A DNA stretch of 64,000 nucleotides from a virus, in the IMG/VR virus record IMGVR_UViG_2930936637_000001, positions 1,735 through 65,734 of that record; one strand, written 5' to 3'. The first letter of the stretch is position 1; the number at the start of each line of letters is the position of its first letter. The notes beneath the pieces were generated by a model that saw only the letters and a list, made by a program, of their open reading frames with translations, did no database searches and was not told the DNA's origin. A program made the position numbers and the translations under genes. Below are positions 62,472 to 64,000 of this stretch, in pieces.

Positions 62472-62720
62472 TCAGCTCACCTCCTCAGTAGAAACAATAG
62501 TTTCTGAATCAGTAACTTTTTGGGTAAATAGCTTTGTAATCGGAATTCCCAACACTTTATGAAGCATCGGAATTGTATTAGCATCGAACGCATACTTTCC
62601 GCTCTCGTATCGAGAATAGTTGGCCTTACTGCCCATGTCTAGGTAATCAGCCATATCTTGCTGGGTCAATTTCAATTCAATTCGACGACTTTTTATTAGA
62701 CGCAAATCAAGTTCAATCAT
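62472..62720 (-). CDS. Copy of Cro-like repressor
   Basis: Identical translation. Confidence 0.85.
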   Translation of the reverse strand: MIELDLRLIKSRRIELKLTQQDMADYLDMGSKANYSRYESGKYAFDANTIPMLHKVLGIPITKLFTQKVTDSETIVSTEEVS

Positions 62721-62897
62721 TCTTCATCCTCCTTTTTGCTTCTTTTTGGTTACTGATATGTTAACTATGACTATATATTAGGTTACTGGTTTAGTAATGT
62801 CAAGAAAAATCGTTACTTTTTTAGAAACTTTTTGTTTCCAAAAAAGCAACCGTGCTATCATTTAGTTGTCAATACAGTAACGAAAGTGAGGCCAATC

Positions 62898-63266
62898 ATG
62901 GATAAAGATTTAATTTCTAGAATTATTGACTTACGAGAATCACGCAATTGGACCCAAAAAGACCTCGCAGATAAGATGGGGTTCAACAAGGTAACAATGA
63001 ACAAGATAGAACACGGGAATCGAAACATAACCAATTCTGAACTTGCTAAGTTCGCAGACATCTTTGAAGTCACCACAGATTATCTCCTTGGTAAAAATAG
63101 CACTCCTGTGTGGGCTAACGAAAAGGATACAAACGACTTAGAAAAATTTCTTACAGATAACAAGGGGTCCATGACTTATGGCGGTGAGGATCTCACAGAA
63201 GAAGAAAAAGAGCAAGTGCGTGTGGCGATGACAACCATTTTCTGGAAGCGCCACAAGCACGACTAG
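62898..63266 (+). CDS. Copy of CI-like repressor
   Basis: Identical translation; operators repeated from 62749. Confidence 0.88.
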   Translation: MDKDLISRIIDLRESRNWTQKDLADKMGFNKVTMNKIEHGNRNITNSELAKFADIFEVTTDYLLGKNSTPVWANEKDTNDLEKFLTDNKGSMTYGGEDLTEEEKEQVRVAMTTIFWKRHKHD

Positions 63267-63277
63267 GGGCTGATTGT

Positions 63278-63694
63278 TTGGAAAAGATAAGTAACGTTGC
63301 GAAAACAGTAATGAATCGATACCACACCGCCAATCCCTTTACAATTGCAGAAAGACTCAATATTCAAGTCGAATGGTGCTTGTTTGGCCATTATCCACTA
63401 GGAAAAACTGTCTATGATGGCGACCAACCTGTTGTTATGCTCAATACAACAATTAGACATACCCCTACCCAATACTTTGTTATGGGCCACGAGCTAGGCC
63501 ACGCCATCCTTCAAGAAGGTCTGGTCGGCTACTATACAAGTAGCAACAAGGCTCACGGGCAACTTGAAACTGAGGCAGACGAGTTTTCGGCCGCACTGAT
63601 GGGCCTATTATTCATTGAAGATAACGACCGTTTGCCGAGCTCTTATGATGACCTGGCTCATCAATATGGCCTACCGTTTGGAAACGATATTTAA
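63278..63694 (+). CDS. immA: Copy of ImmA/IrrE peptidase
   Basis: Identical translation. Confidence 0.88.
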   Translation: MEKISNVAKTVMNRYHTANPFTIAERLNIQVEWCLFGHYPLGKTVYDGDQPVVMLNTTIRHTPTQYFVMGHELGHAILQEGLVGYYTSSNKAHGQLETEADEFSAALMGLLFIEDNDRLPSSYDDLAHQYGLPFGNDI

Positions 63695-63706
63695 GGAGGA
63701 AGTATC

Positions 63707-64000
63707 TTGAATCTGAAACGTTTAGCTATACTTGCAATGCCCTTTCTGCTTCTGACGTTGACTGGGTGTTCAGGAACAAAAGATTCTTCTAGCAATTCCT
63801 CAAGCTCGTCTAAATCCTCACAGGACGATAGCTACGATTTGCCTACTAGTGATGCATTTACCAAAGCAGTAAACAAAGCAAAAAATATGGATACCTTAAA
63901 AAGAACTACAGCAGAAGAAAATGATGCCAATATCCGGTATTCAGACATCGTTGGTAGTTCCGATCGGGATAAGTACGCTGGAAAAGCTAAAATTGTCACT
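63707..64000 (+). CDS. Copy of lipoprotein, truncated by window end
   Basis: Matches 46449 onward. Confidence 0.75.
   Translation, partial: MNLKRLAILAMPFLLLTLTGCSGTKDSSSNSSSSSKSSQDDSYDLPTSDAFTKAVNKAKNMDTLKRTTAEENDANIRYSDIVGSSDRDKYAGKAKIVT

Larger units (their letters stand above)
48872..64000 (-). mobile_element. Second tandem prophage copy with 28,688-bp internal deletion, runs off window
   Basis: 48872-57007 matches 2925-11060; 57008-64000 matches 39749 to about 46742. Confidence 0.9.

Noticed and set aside
1-64000. CRISPR array, diversity-generating retroelement or invertible fibre shufflon
   Set aside because: No regularly spaced repeat-spacer array, reverse transcriptase, TR/VR pair or invertase seen.

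Overview
Lactobacillaceae-type chromosome window (taxon inferred from gene families and signal style). It opens with the right part of an IS21-family element (istA partial, istB, right end at 1804) and ~1.1 kb of host DNA. A complete 45,947-bp temperate prophage with a contractile tail follows. Its att core AAGGAGAGTACAGG lies at 2925 and 48872; on the minus strand it reads like a tRNA-Ser 3' end. Modules run lysis, baseplate/tail, head, packaging, accessory, replication/recombination, Cro/CI/ImmA and tyrosine integrase. From 48872 the prophage repeats in tandem across an attP-type junction. The second copy jumps from position 11060 to 39749 of the first (28,688-bp deletion, junction 57007/57008) and has clustered homopolymer indels near that junction, so it may be a deleted second copy or an assembly artefact. 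Most interesting content: a tail-tube paralogue lacking ~15 residues of the predicted polymerisation hairpin, placed just before terminase; tRNA-shaped RNAs with missing or shrunken anticodon arms at the head of the ArpU-type late transcript; a predicted +1/-2 frameshift in the tail chaperone; a Tad2/DUF2829 anti-defence cluster beside a UspA gene and an AbiL (RloAB)-like system; a GNAT toxin-like gene pair; and a LexA-boxed two-gene operon at the prophage end. All family assignments and alignments were made by eye; no database search was run.
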